64,000 nucleotides of DNA from an uncultured Bacilli bacterium (GCA_934086145.1 CAKOHV010000001.1:53731-117730); one strand, 5' to 3'. Numbered from the stretch's first letter, positions 38,748 to 48,553 are shown. Notes: generated from the letters alone by a model not told the origin. Numbers and translations are program-made.

Positions 38748-39401
38748 ATGCAATTAAAAGATTTAAATACCGAATATGATAAATTACAACAGATCTATGG
38801 TAATCCTTCATTACATTCTATCTATAATGGTGGGGAAGAAGACCATCCACAAATTTGTTTTGTTTTTATGAATCCAACTGGCCGCAATGTCGCTGCTTTA
38901 AATAACTGGACTGGTTCTTACTATCCTTGGTTAGGTACTAAAAATATCTGGGACTTATTTAATAAAATTAATTTATTAGATGATGATATTCTTACCCAAA
39001 TAAAAAAAATGAAAGGCTCTGAATGGACTCCCGCATTTAGTGAACAAGTTTATCAAAATATCAAAGAACATCATGTCTTTATTACTAATTTAGGTAAATG
39101 TACCCAAACTGATGCTCGTCCTTTGAAAGATCATTATTTTCTTGATTATTTACCCTTATTAGAAAAAGAAATTGCGATTGTTAAACCAAAGATCATTATT
39201 TTATTTGGCAATCAAGTAAGTTCTATCTTTCTAAATAAAAAAATTGCTGTTTCTGAAAATCGCAAACAGTATCATGAAAAAGAAATTGCTAATCATTCTT
39301 ATAAGTGTTTTCCTGTTTATTACCCAGTTGGTAATGGTCACTTTAATATTGATAAAGCTATTGAAGATTTAAACTGGATTATTGCCAATTATCTTACTTA
39401 A
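38748..39401 (+). CDS. Uracil-DNA glycosylase superfamily protein (MUG/SMUG-like MNPTG motif)
   Basis: FVFMNPTGRN resembles the G[IM]NPG motif of MUG/SMUG-type UDGs, at similar length (217 aa). Assignment is tentative. Confidence 0.45.
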   Translation: MQLKDLNTEYDKLQQIYGNPSLHSIYNGGEEDHPQICFVFMNPTGRNVAALNNWTGSYYPWLGTKNIWDLFNKINLLDDDILTQIKKMKGSEWTPAFSEQVYQNIKEHHVFITNLGKCTQTDARPLKDHYFLDYLPLLEKEIAIVKPKIIILFGNQVSSIFLNKKIAVSENRKQYHEKEIANHSYKCFPVYYPVGNGHFNIDKAIEDLNWIIANYLT

Positions 39402-39422
39402 TCTAAGAAAGAAGGAATAAAT

Positions 39423-39950
39423 ATGAAATTAATTATTGCTAGTGACCTGCATGGTTCACTAAAATATACCCAAAAATTAGAAGAACTTATTATTAGTGAA
39501 AATCCCGATAAAATAATTTTACTTGGTGATCTTTTATATCATGGCCCTCGTAATGCTTTACCGGAAGAATATGCTACCATGCCTGTTGCCGAAATCTTAA
39601 ATAAATATACTGCTAAAATTATTGCGGTTCGTGGTAATTGTGATGCGGAAGTTGATGATATGGTCACTGATTTTTCTTTAACTAAAGATTATGAAACAAT
39701 CAACCTTGATGGTCATCTTTTTTACTTAACACATGGCCACTTATTTGAAAAATATAAGAATCTGATTGGTGATAACTACTGTCTTTGTGGCCATACGCAC
39801 ATTTATAACTTAGAAGGAAAAAGATTAAATCCAGGAAGTGTCGGTATTCCTAAATTTCATCCCGAACATACTTGTTTCATCTATGAAAACAAGACTTTCT
39901 CTCTAGTTGATCTAGATACCAAACAAATAATTCAAGAAAAAACAATTTAA
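39423..39950 (+). CDS. YfcE/MJ0936-family metallophosphoesterase
   Basis: DLHGS...GDLLYHGPRN...GNCD...HGH...GHTH metallophosphatase motifs in a 175-aa protein. Confidence 0.8.
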   Translation: MKLIIASDLHGSLKYTQKLEELIISENPDKIILLGDLLYHGPRNALPEEYATMPVAEILNKYTAKIIAVRGNCDAEVDDMVTDFSLTKDYETINLDGHLFYLTHGHLFEKYKNLIGDNYCLCGHTHIYNLEGKRLNPGSVGIPKFHPEHTCFIYENKTFSLVDLDTKQIIQEKTI

Positions 39951-40012
39951 TAACTTTAAAATATATTAAAACTTCAAAAAATATAGTATAATAAATTTAG
40001 GTGGGTGATATC

Positions 40013-40951
40013 ATGAGGTTGAAATACATAAGTGGTTTAATGGGATTTGTTGTTGGGGATGCTATGGGAGTTCCTCTTGAATTTAAAAGCCGTGAAGAAT
40101 TATTAAAAAAACCAGTAACTAAAATGATTGGTTATCAAACTCATAATGTTCCAGAAGGAACTTGGAGTGACGATACGTCTTTACTTATTGCTTCCATCGA
40201 TTCTATTAATGCTAAATTGACCATCGACTATGATGATATTGCCTTAAAGTTTGTTTCTTGGAAATACCATGCTGATTACACCCCATACAAGGAAGTCTTT
40301 GCCATTGGCAATACCTGTAATGCAGCTATTTCTAAGTATAATGAACTAAGAAAAGATCCTTTAAGTTGTGGTCTTAAAACCCTTGATAGTAATGGTAATG
40401 GTTCCTTAATGCGTATCTTGCCAATTGCTTATTATGCGACAGCTAAACATCTTAAAGATTTTGAAATAATTGAATTAGTAAAAAACATCTCTTCGATAAC
40501 TCATGCGCATCCAATTAGTCAAATGGGCTGTTATATCTTTGTACGTTTTATTATGTTTTTACTAAATGATAAAGATAAATTTTCAGCTTATAGTATGACT
40601 AAATGTGTTGATTATTCGATGTTTGGGGAAGAAGCTTTAAATGCTTATGCTCGTCTTTTAAAAGATGATATAACTAAATACAAACTAAAAGATATCAATT
40701 CAACATCTTATATCGTTGATACCCTTGAAGCAACCATTTGGATTTCCTTAAAATCTGAAAATTATAAAGAAGCTATTATTGGTGCTATTAACCTTGGTGG
40801 GGATACTTCAACTATCGGAGCTCTTACTGGAGCTGCCTGTGGAATTATTTACGGTTATGACCAAATACCTGAACAATGGTTAGCGCAAATTGCTCGTCGC
40901 GAGTACTTAATGGATATTTTTGAAGAATTTAGTGAAAACAAGTATCAATAA
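40013..40951 (+). CDS. ADP-ribosylglycohydrolase family protein
   Basis: GFVVGDAMGVPLEF...GTWSDDTS...GGDTSTIGALTGA motifs of the DraG/ARH family. Start set at ATG 40013 behind RBS AGGTGGGTGA. Confidence 0.8.
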   Translation: MRLKYISGLMGFVVGDAMGVPLEFKSREELLKKPVTKMIGYQTHNVPEGTWSDDTSLLIASIDSINAKLTIDYDDIALKFVSWKYHADYTPYKEVFAIGNTCNAAISKYNELRKDPLSCGLKTLDSNGNGSLMRILPIAYYATAKHLKDFEIIELVKNISSITHAHPISQMGCYIFVRFIMFLLNDKDKFSAYSMTKCVDYSMFGEEALNAYARLLKDDITKYKLKDINSTSYIVDTLEATIWISLKSENYKEAIIGAINLGGDTSTIGALTGAACGIIYGYDQIPEQWLAQIARREYLMDIFEEFSENKYQ

Positions 40952-40972
40952 TTTATAAAAGGAGTCAATAAT

Positions 40973-41347
40973 ATGTTAGAAGAATTAAAAAATTATGCTA
41001 AATTACTAGATATCATGTCATATATAATTAGTATTTTATCTATTTGCTGCTGTTTTTTATTTAAAGCTTCCTTTTTATATTTAATCTTAGGAATTGTTTT
41101 AGGCATAATTGGAATCATCACGGCAATCGTTTCCCGTCTATATAAAGCAGATAAAACATCGATTGATAGTCTTATGCTTTCTTCCATTGGCTTATTCTTT
41201 AATATCTTACTGGCTTTAGCTATCTTTATTACTTTTACTAATAATAATTTACGTCCAGAAACCAAGATAACCAATGAACCATTTTCTTACTCTGATTATG
41301 ATAATTATGATTATGATTATGGGTTTGGTTATGATTATTTCAATTAA
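40973..41347 (+). CDS. Small membrane protein with Tyr/Asp-rich C-terminal tail (YSDYDNYDYDYGFGYDYFN)
   Basis: Three hydrophobic segments. RBS AGGAG. Confidence 0.5.
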   Translation: MLEELKNYAKLLDIMSYIISILSICCCFLFKASFLYLILGIVLGIIGIITAIVSRLYKADKTSIDSLMLSSIGLFFNILLALAIFITFTNNNLRPETKITNEPFSYSDYDNYDYDYGFGYDYFN

Positions 41348-41348
41348 T

Positions 41349-41369
41349 AAAGTGCGATGCACTTTTTTT
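41349..41369 (+). terminator. Rho-independent terminator
   Basis: Stem aagtgc/gcactt with loop gat, then a T7 run. Confidence 0.65.
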
Positions 41370-41434
41370 CTTTGGCTAAATATTGTCATGTAATTTCTAA
41401 TATGATACCATGTTATAGAGTAGAGGATGATTTT

Positions 41435-43249
41435 ATGAAAAAAAATATTTTATTACTATTAATACTTTTAATTCCTATAACTATAAAGGCTTATGACCAA
41501 TATTCTCTTGCTGATTATGCCTATTTTGACCCTATAAGTAACGCAAAGTGCGATGAAACCAATTATTGGACTCCTTTTTACCAAGACACCACTTGCTATC
41601 GTTTTATCACTCTTGAAGATAACGATACATCAGCGCAAGCTACCTTAAAAGTTATGTTGGATCATAATGTGGGCTTTGATACTTATCAGAACTATGCCAA
41701 TATTTTAAAACAAGTTCAAGAAAGTTGGGTTAACTATCAAGGAACTCTCGATTTAATCGATGAAGATACCGTTGTCAAATTTATGAAACTTAATGCCAAG
41801 CCTGAAATAAGTAGTGAAAACCCAAGCGCTATCAGCGTTAACAATAATGGCTTAGTATACCCTCGTTTTATGTTAAATTCCTATTACTATAATAATCAAA
41901 CATTAATTAATTACTATGGCTTTTGGTCGAAAGACTTATATCCATCTAATCAAAACTATGCTTATACTATTACAGAATATGGTAATAATCGTCTTGTTGC
42001 CTTAACTGAAAAACGTGGCATTCGTCCGGTTCTTACCGTGCGTAAACAACAACTAACCAAATCTTCATCTTCCCAAGACTTTACTTCCCAAATCACTAAA
42101 AAATATTCATATCAATATTCATCAACTAAGTATGATAATTTTACCTATAAACAACTTCAAGGCTTTACTAAAACCAAAGACAAATTAGTTTTTTACTCAA
42201 GTAATAATGCTAATCCTGAAAAAGGCTTAGTTATATCATATACGGGATCTGACTATCATACTTTATATAAAATATCTTATGATAATACTGGCCATGGTAA
42301 TGATATGACATATAATAGTAAGACTAACGAAGTATTATTAGTTGGTCCTAATAATTATAAAGAAATATTTGTTTACAATGCTGATACGATGGAACATACT
42401 AAAACTTATTCTGAGAATGTAACTGGTTATAGTGCTATTGCTTATGATAAATATAATGATTTATATTTCGGTTACAGTGGTCAAAGAATTTATGCCTTAG
42501 ATAATTCTTTTAACCGTCTATATTCCTTTGATGCTAGTTTCCTTGAAACAACCCAAGGTATGGAATATCACAATGGTTACATTTATATGACAACCTATGA
42601 AGGTGGCTGTAGTTCTTCTTATCAACTATGGTGTTTAAATACCACCTCATCAGCGCTTGTTTATGTTTATAATGCTAAACTTAATACCGATAAGACGCCA
42701 TCATCATCTTTTGGTCGTTTAGAAAAGATTATATATCTAGGACCTAAGATTGGTGAACTTGAATCTATTAGCTTTGATGATGCTGAGGCTATCTTTGGTT
42801 ATGCTACGCAATATTATGATGCCAATAATACTTATCAATTTTATACGACTTCCTTAAATAATTTGGCAAATAAACCTTCTTATACCATTAAATATCTTAT
42901 TGAAGAAAATAGTGCCAAAATCAGCATTTTATCTAATGAAGAACTGGCTTTAGCTGAAGGTTTTACCGCTGTTAGTAAGGCTATTATGGAAAAAGAAATA
43001 AAATCTACTGACTCAAATTTTTCCGTTAAAATTTGCGATAATTATAATAATTGTAGTACCGACAAAATAAACGTATCGCAACTTTTTAATACTAGTCAAG
43101 ATAATCAAAATAATATGCAAGACCCCAAGCCAAATCCATCCCCTGAAAATCCCCAAACAGGTGCCTTTGTTTCATTAGCTGTTATCATAATCGGCGGTAT
43201 CTTTAGTTTAATTGGCTTATTTGGTATTAAAAACAAATTTAAAATCTAA
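41435..43249 (+). CDS. Secreted cell-surface protein with C-terminal NPQTG sorting signal (sortase-substrate-like)
   Basis: Signal peptide MKKNILLLLILLIPITIKA. C-terminus ENPQTGAFVSLAVIIIGGIFSLIGLFGIKNKFKI, i.e. motif, hydrophobic segment and basic tail. Start set at ATG 41435 behind RBS GAGGATGA. Confidence 0.6.
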   Translation: MKKNILLLLILLIPITIKAYDQYSLADYAYFDPISNAKCDETNYWTPFYQDTTCYRFITLEDNDTSAQATLKVMLDHNVGFDTYQNYANILKQVQESWVNYQGTLDLIDEDTVVKFMKLNAKPEISSENPSAISVNNNGLVYPRFMLNSYYYNNQTLINYYGFWSKDLYPSNQNYAYTITEYGNNRLVALTEKRGIRPVLTVRKQQLTKSSSSQDFTSQITKKYSYQYSSTKYDNFTYKQLQGFTKTKDKLVFYSSNNANPEKGLVISYTGSDYHTLYKISYDNTGHGNDMTYNSKTNEVLLVGPNNYKEIFVYNADTMEHTKTYSENVTGYSAIAYDKYNDLYFGYSGQRIYALDNSFNRLYSFDASFLETTQGMEYHNGYIYMTTYEGGCSSSYQLWCLNTTSSALVYVYNAKLNTDKTPSSSFGRLEKIIYLGPKIGELESISFDDAEAIFGYATQYYDANNTYQFYTTSLNNLANKPSYTIKYLIEENSAKISILSNEELALAEGFTAVSKAIMEKEIKSTDSNFSVKICDNYNNCSTDKINVSQLFNTSQDNQNNMQDPKPNPSPENPQTGAFVSLAVIIIGGIFSLIGLFGIKNKFKI

Positions 43250-43290
43250 GCAATTGATTCGCTTATAATCATAAAAAGTGAGGTAATTAT

Positions 43291-43713
43291 ATGCTTTCCA
43301 TTGATAATAAAAAATTAAAAGTTACTAAACAAGAAATATTTGTTGGAAATATTATTAATAATGGCATTAAAGGTTATGATGCTTGGATAACCTTAGAGTT
43401 TATTAATGAGGATAATGTTAAAGGGTATCTAAATTTAGATGTCGGTTATGAAAAAAGCAATGATATAAACGTTTTTCTAAATAGAGAATATAATGGAATT
43501 CCTCTTTTTGATGATGATCAATTTATCTATTTTGAAGTCTTCGATACCGAAAAATTCCTAGATACTGAAATAGAAAGTAATATAGTAATTAAATTTGAAG
43601 ATATAAAAGACAACAAAGTAAAAGTTTCTTTTGAATTAAATGATGAATTAATTAATATAAAATATACTGGTTATTTAGGCATCGTAAATAAGTTAAATAA
43701 TACTACTAATTAA
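43291..43713 (+). CDS. Hypothetical cytoplasmic protein
   Basis: ORF with RBS GTGAGG. No domain recognised. Confidence 0.45.
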   Translation: MLSIDNKKLKVTKQEIFVGNIINNGIKGYDAWITLEFINEDNVKGYLNLDVGYEKSNDINVFLNREYNGIPLFDDDQFIYFEVFDTEKFLDTEIESNIVIKFEDIKDNKVKVSFELNDELINIKYTGYLGIVNKLNNTTN

Positions 43714-43831
43714 ATTAATGTCTATACTACCTAGCAATCTTTCCAACCCAGTTCCTTCTTTAGCAAATAATCACTATTAAAGCGAATAAAAATAAATTAA
43801 ATCTTCCTAAATGTTTTTAGGAGGATTTTAT

Positions 43832-44608
43832 ATGTATAATAAAAAAGTCGAAATAACAGGAATTAATACTAGCAATATTCAAGTCTTAAAAAATGATGAA
43901 ATGAATCAACTATTTCAAGCTTACCAAGCTGGTGATTTAACAGCTAAAGAAACCCTTGTTAATGGTAATTTAAAATTAGTTTTAAGTATTCTAAAAAGAT
44001 TTAATACCACTAAAGAAAATATCGATGATCTATTTCAAATCGGTTGTATCGGCCTCTTAAAGGCTATCGATAATTTTGATTTATCAATTGGTGTTTGCTT
44101 TAGTACTTATGCTGTTCCTTTAATCCTTGGTGAAATGAAAAGATATAATCGTGATTCAACGCCTCTTAGAATCAGTCGTAGTATTAAAGATATGGCTTAT
44201 AAAATAATTGAATTTAAAGAAAAGTATACTAATATTCATGGCTTAGAACCAACTAATGCGCAAATTGCTACTGAACTAAATATTTCTGAATACCATATTG
44301 TTTATGCTTTAAACTCTCTTAAAGAACCAGTTAGTATCTTTCAACCTATCTATAATGATGGCGGAGATACAATCTATCTTTTAGACCAAATTGCTGATCC
44401 TAAGAATTCCTTATATGATAAAGATACCTTAATTTCTTTACGTAAAGCTTTAACCTCTTTAAAAGAAAAAGAACGTAAAATATTAATTGATCGTTATATT
44501 GTTGGTAAAACTCAAGTTGAAATTGCTGATACTTTAGGAATTTCCCAAGCGCAAATTTCTCGTATCGAAAAAAATGCTATTAATAATGTTAAACGTCTTA
44601 TAAAGTAG
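43832..44608 (+). CDS. sigG: Sporulation-type RNA polymerase sigma factor, SigG-like
   Basis: Close to Bacillus SigG throughout: KKVEITGINTSNIQVLKNDEM, LVNGNLKLVLSILKRFN, DDLFQIGCIGLLKAIDNFDL, FSTYAVPLILGEMKRY, PVSIFQPIYNDGGDTIYLLDQIAD, GISQAQISRIEK. Start set at ATG 43832 behind RBS AGGAGG. Followed by ylmC/ymxH as in Bacillus. Confidence 0.7.
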   Translation: MYNKKVEITGINTSNIQVLKNDEMNQLFQAYQAGDLTAKETLVNGNLKLVLSILKRFNTTKENIDDLFQIGCIGLLKAIDNFDLSIGVCFSTYAVPLILGEMKRYNRDSTPLRISRSIKDMAYKIIEFKEKYTNIHGLEPTNAQIATELNISEYHIVYALNSLKEPVSIFQPIYNDGGDTIYLLDQIADPKNSLYDKDTLISLRKALTSLKEKERKILIDRYIVGKTQVEIADTLGISQAQISRIEKNAINNVKRLIK

Positions 44609-44638
44609 GGAAGACTCATATAATTAAATGGTGATTAT

Positions 44639-44863
44639 ATGTATCTATCAGAACTGCAAAGTAAAGACATCATTTCTTTAAAAGATGGTCGTAAATTAGG
44701 GCGAATTATTGATGCTGAGATTAATCCCCAAGGTCAAATTATCTTCCTAGTTATCGAATCTCGCCGCAGTTTTAAAAAAATTTTCTCCCATCAAGAAGAA
44801 AGTAAAATATCATATGATAGTATAAGTAAAATAGGGGAAGATGTAATCTTAATAAATATGTGA
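44639..44863 (+). CDS. YlmC/YmxH-family PRC-barrel protein
   Basis: MYLSELQSKDIISLKDGRKLGRIIDAEINPQGQIIFLVIE matches the YlmC/YmxH family; conserved position next to sigG. Confidence 0.7.
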   Translation: MYLSELQSKDIISLKDGRKLGRIIDAEINPQGQIIFLVIESRRSFKKIFSHQEESKISYDSISKIGEDVILINM

Positions 44864-44889
44864 TATAATGGACATGAGGTGCAAAGTAA

Positions 44890-45378
44890 ATGAATAAAAA
44901 AATTATTGGGGTTGCTGCTATTATTCTTTTTCTCGATCAAATAACTAAGTTGTTTGCCGAATCTTACTTAAAATTGAATAAGTCAGTTTCCATAATTTCT
45001 CATTTCTTTTCTCTTACATTATGTCATAATGAAGGAGTTGCCTGGGGCTTACTTGCTAACAAACCACTTTTAATTGCCATTGGTAGCATTGTTGCCATCG
45101 TCTTAATTTACCATTTTATTTTTTGCTTTAAAAGAAATCTTCGTAACGATATTGCTTTTGGCTTATTAATTGGTGGGATGTCAGGTAACTTAATTGATCG
45201 CATTTTTTTCGGATATGTAAGAGATTTTTTTGATTTTACAATATTTAATTATGATTATCCAGTTTTTAATATAAGTGATATAGCTATTGTTATTGGTGTC
45301 TTATTACTTATTTATGCTGTAATGAAGGGGGAAGATGTAAGTGAAAATAATTGTTCCAGAAAGTCAAAATCAAAATAG
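44890..45378 (+). CDS. lspA: Lipoprotein signal peptidase (signal peptidase II)
   Basis: LspA conserved blocks: HNEGVAWGLL, GGMSGNLIDRIFFGYVRDFFDF, NISDIAIVIG. Four TM segments. Confidence 0.8.
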   Translation: MNKKIIGVAAIILFLDQITKLFAESYLKLNKSVSIISHFFSLTLCHNEGVAWGLLANKPLLIAIGSIVAIVLIYHFIFCFKRNLRNDIAFGLLIGGMSGNLIDRIFFGYVRDFFDFTIFNYDYPVFNISDIAIVIGVLLLIYAVMKGEDVSENNCSRKSKSK

Positions 45379-46243
45379 GTTAGATAAATATTTAGCCGAC
45401 CAAACTGAATTTACTAGATCAACCATTGCTAAAATGCTTAGCGAAAATTATATAACCGTTAATGGGAATGTCGAAAAATCATCATACAAGGTTCATCCTC
45501 TTGATGAAATTGACATCAAAGATGGCTTTATCAAACAAACTGACATTTTACCAAGTAAAATGCCATTGGATATTGTTTATGAAGATCACGATATTATTAT
45601 TATCAATAAACCAAGTGGTTTAGTTGTTCATCCTGGTAATGGAAACCAAGAAAATACTTTAGTAAATGGTTTAATGTACTATACTAATTCTTTGAGTGAT
45701 TTAAATGGCGAAGAACGCCCAGGCATTGTTCATCGTCTTGATAAAGATACCTCTGGTCTTTTAGTTGTTGCTAAGAACAATAAAACACATGCTATTTTAG
45801 GAGAATATTTTAAAAATCATGACAAGATTAAAAGAGAGTATATTGCTTTATTAGTTGGGGAATTTCCTCATGATACGGCAACAATAGATGCGCCAATTGC
45901 TCGAGATACTACAGATCGCAAAAAGATGACTGTTTCTGATAAAAATGCAAAAGAAGCCGTTACACATCTTAAAGTCTTAAAAAGATATGTCGGCTATACC
46001 TTAGTTAGCCTTGTCTTAGAAACCGGTCGTACCCATCAAATTAGAGTTCATATGAAATACATTGGTTATCCAGTTTTCAACGACCCAGTCTATAACTCTA
46101 AAAAGGCCACTCCTTTTGGGCAATTCTTACACTCTAGTAAGATTGACTTAATTCATCCAACAACGCATGAATTAATGCATTTTTCCTGCCCCTTACCAAG
46201 CGAGTTCCAAGCTTTCCTAGATACCTTAGAAGAAAAAGCTTAA
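45341..46243 (+). CDS. rluD: RluA-family 23S rRNA pseudouridine synthase (RluD-like)
   Basis: S4-like N-terminal domain (RLDKYL), catalytic HRLDKDTSGLLVVAKN and RTHQIRVH motifs. GTG start overlapping the end of lspA, as in the Bacillus lspA-rluD arrangement. Confidence 0.8.
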   Translation: MKIIVPESQNQNRLDKYLADQTEFTRSTIAKMLSENYITVNGNVEKSSYKVHPLDEIDIKDGFIKQTDILPSKMPLDIVYEDHDIIIINKPSGLVVHPGNGNQENTLVNGLMYYTNSLSDLNGEERPGIVHRLDKDTSGLLVVAKNNKTHAILGEYFKNHDKIKREYIALLVGEFPHDTATIDAPIARDTTDRKKMTVSDKNAKEAVTHLKVLKRYVGYTLVSLVLETGRTHQIRVHMKYIGYPVFNDPVYNSKKATPFGQFLHSSKIDLIHPTTHELMHFSCPLPSEFQAFLDTLEEKA

Positions 46244-46620
46244 AGATTTACTAAGAATAAATCTAAAATAATAAAAAAAATACAAAATACATAAATTAAA
46301 TATGGTATTGAAAGATATTTATATTTATCATAGGTATTCTTAATTTCCAAATTAAGAAATATCGTATTTAGTAGTAATAAAAAGATATTTACTAAACTAA
46401 AGAGATAATCATTATAATAAGCAAAGAAAATAATAAATGAAAAAGATAAGATATAATTAGTAAAGACAAAGAATAATAAGTCATTCTTCATTTTATTTTC
46501 TTGGATTATATGACAGAATAAAAAAGATAATAAAGATAAAACAATTACATATATTACTAACAATACATATGTCAAGCAATTCACCCCTTTAAACTTCTTA
46601 GTAATATTATGATAAAACAA
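46240..46620 (-). CDS. Possible small hydrophobic membrane protein in an otherwise AT-rich 450-bp gap
   Basis: A 126-codon open frame on the minus strand is improbable by chance in ~75% AT DNA, and the plus strand is full of stops. However it has a TTG start, no clear RBS and Phe/Ile/Leu/Tyr/Asn-rich composition. Confidence 0.3.
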   Translation of the reverse strand: MFYHNITKKFKGVNCLTYVLLVIYVIVLSLLSFLFCHIIQENKMKNDLLFFVFTNYILSFSFIIFFAYYNDYLFSLVNIFLLLLNTIFLNLEIKNTYDKYKYLSIPYLIYVFCIFFIILDLFLVNL

Positions 46621-46689
46621 TTTAATCTATGCTATGATTAACTTTACTAGTTAAAAAAAGTAAGATAAAATTAAAAGAGGAGGAAGAAT

Positions 46690-47853
46690 ATGAGTACAGT
46701 TGTAATGAATAAAAGAGATGAACTCATTATGAAATTAGTCCATTACTTTATTACAGAAGAAAATTATAATCCCATTGTTGTTAATGGGGTAAAAGATGAA
46801 ATTTGGTTAGAAAATGATAATGGACCATATCGTATAATAAGAATTAATTCAAATAATATTTTTAATAAAGAACAATTAAGATATGATTATTTTAAAACGG
46901 AAAGTATCGTTCGTCAGATTAAGAAGAAAACCTTATCATTTAATGTTAATACGTTAACTATTTTCCTAGATGTTAATGAGGATTTAGAAATTGAAGAGCG
47001 TAAGCATATTGAAACGGCGACTATCTTTAATGATGATCCCCATATTATTAGTGAAAATATTTTAGCTGCTTTTCCTGATATTAATGAAAAGTTACTTAAT
47101 GATACGAATGGAATTGATTTGATTATTAATGTTACTAAAGATATTAATGAAAAAACTGAAAGAGAAAATAAGTCTTATGAAGAAACTTTTAAACCTAAAA
47201 AAATAATTGTTACCCCAATTTTAATTGCTTTATGTTTTATTGTTTTCTTTGGCTTAGAAATATTTGCTTTTGGTAGTATCAAAGATCTTTTTGGAGTCAC
47301 TAATATAGCAGCACTCCTATCTGGTGCTTTATATAAAGCTGAAGTTGGCAATGGTCAGATATGGCGTTTAGTAACCTACATCTTTGTTCATGGTTCCATC
47401 TTACATTTACTGGTTAATATGTATTCACTATATGTTGTTGGAACTCAAATTGAAACTTACGTCGGTAAAGTGAAGTATTTAATTATTTTCCTTGTAAGTG
47501 GCATCTGCGGTGGCCTTTTATCATGCCTACTAAGTAGTGGCTTCTCAGTTGGCGCTTCAGGAGCTATCTTTGGTTTACTTGGAGCTTTAGCTTACTTCGG
47601 TTATCATTATCGTTTATACCTTGGCAATGTTTTAAAATCTGAGATTATTCCGTTAATAATTTTAAACTTAGGAATTGGTTTTGTCCTTCCGGGCATTGAC
47701 AACTTCTGTCATATTGGTGGTCTTGTTGGCGGATTATTTGCTAGTATGGCCGTAGGTATTAAAAATAAAACTACTAAAAGTGAACAAATTAATGGGGCTA
47801 TTTGCTTAGCTATTTTCATTGCTTTTACGACCTATTTAGCTTTCTTTAGATAA
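46690..47853 (+). CDS. Rhomboid-family intramembrane serine protease with N-terminal cytoplasmic domain
   Basis: GASGAIFGLLGA catalytic serine motif and HLLVNMYSLYVVG, with catalytic His in FCHIGGLVGG. RBS AGGAGGAAG. Confidence 0.75.
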   Translation: MSTVVMNKRDELIMKLVHYFITEENYNPIVVNGVKDEIWLENDNGPYRIIRINSNNIFNKEQLRYDYFKTESIVRQIKKKTLSFNVNTLTIFLDVNEDLEIEERKHIETATIFNDDPHIISENILAAFPDINEKLLNDTNGIDLIINVTKDINEKTERENKSYEETFKPKKIIVTPILIALCFIVFFGLEIFAFGSIKDLFGVTNIAALLSGALYKAEVGNGQIWRLVTYIFVHGSILHLLVNMYSLYVVGTQIETYVGKVKYLIIFLVSGICGGLLSCLLSSGFSVGASGAIFGLLGALAYFGYHYRLYLGNVLKSEIIPLIILNLGIGFVLPGIDNFCHIGGLVGGLFASMAVGIKNKTTKSEQINGAICLAIFIAFTTYLAFFR

Positions 47854-47883
47854 AAAAACTTATTCATCACGAATAAGTTTTTT
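47852..47883. terminator. Bidirectional rho-independent terminator between convergent rhomboid (+) and lexA (-)
   Basis: Perfect 9-bp stem aacttattc/gaataagtt with loop atcac, flanked by an A7 run on one side and a T6 run on the other. Confidence 0.75.
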
Positions 47884-47888
47884 AATAT

Positions 47889-48509
47889 CTATAAACTACG
47901 ATACAAACCAATTGCCTTTCCTAAAATATAACAATTATCTAAATAAATAGGGGCCATTGTATCATTTTCTGGTTGTAAACGAATGCGATCATTTTCTTTA
48001 TAAAAAGTTTTTAAAGTAACTTCATTATCAAGCGTCATCGCGACAACAACATCCCCATTACGAGCTACTTTTTGCTTTTGCACAATAATAATATCGCCAT
48101 CATAAATTCCTTTATTAATCATTGATTCACCACTTGCTCTTAAAGTAAATACCGTTTCTTTAGCAGGAATCAAACTAGCTGGCAATGTAAACCATTCATC
48201 AGGCATTTCAATAGCTTCAATCGGACTACCACAAGTTATTTTACCCAGTAGGGGAACTTTAACCAAATCATCTCTTTTTTGCTCATATTCATTGTCTACT
48301 AAGATTTCTATTGTTCTAAATTTGGCATTTGTTTTCTTAATATAACCGGCATCTTCTAACTTTTTTAAATGGGTATGAACAGTAGCTGGACTTGACAAAC
48401 CAAGCGCAGCACCAATCTCACGCGTTGCAGGGGGATAGCCATGTTCAACAATGTATTTTTTTATATAATCTAAAACATCTTCTTGTCTTTTTGTTATCTT
48501 CTTATCCAT
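47889..48509 (-). CDS. lexA: SOS-response repressor LexA
   Basis: N-terminal wHTH (TRQEDVLDYIKKYIVEHGYPPATREIGAALGLSSPATVHTHLKKLE). S24 peptidase domain with GESM and the catalytic Lys region (DIIIVQKQKVARNGDVVVAM). Confidence 0.85.
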   Translation of the reverse strand: MDKKITKRQEDVLDYIKKYIVEHGYPPATREIGAALGLSSPATVHTHLKKLEDAGYIKKTNAKFRTIEILVDNEYEQKRDDLVKVPLLGKITCGSPIEAIEMPDEWFTLPASLIPAKETVFTLRASGESMINKGIYDGDIIIVQKQKVARNGDVVVAMTLDNEVTLKTFYKENDRIRLQPENDTMAPIYLDNCYILGKAIGLYRSL

Positions 48510-48553
48510 AGAGTACCTCCATCAAAATAATATCATAGCCATTTTTTAAAGTC

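Noticed and set aside
43832-44608. Alternative call of the sigma factor as SigF or a generic sigma-70
   Set aside because: The N-terminal block (K)VEI.G..TS...VLKN.EM, the internal blocks and the downstream ylmC/ymxH partner fit SigG better than SigF, which in Bacillus is preceded by spoIIAA-spoIIAB. A phylogeny is needed to be sure.
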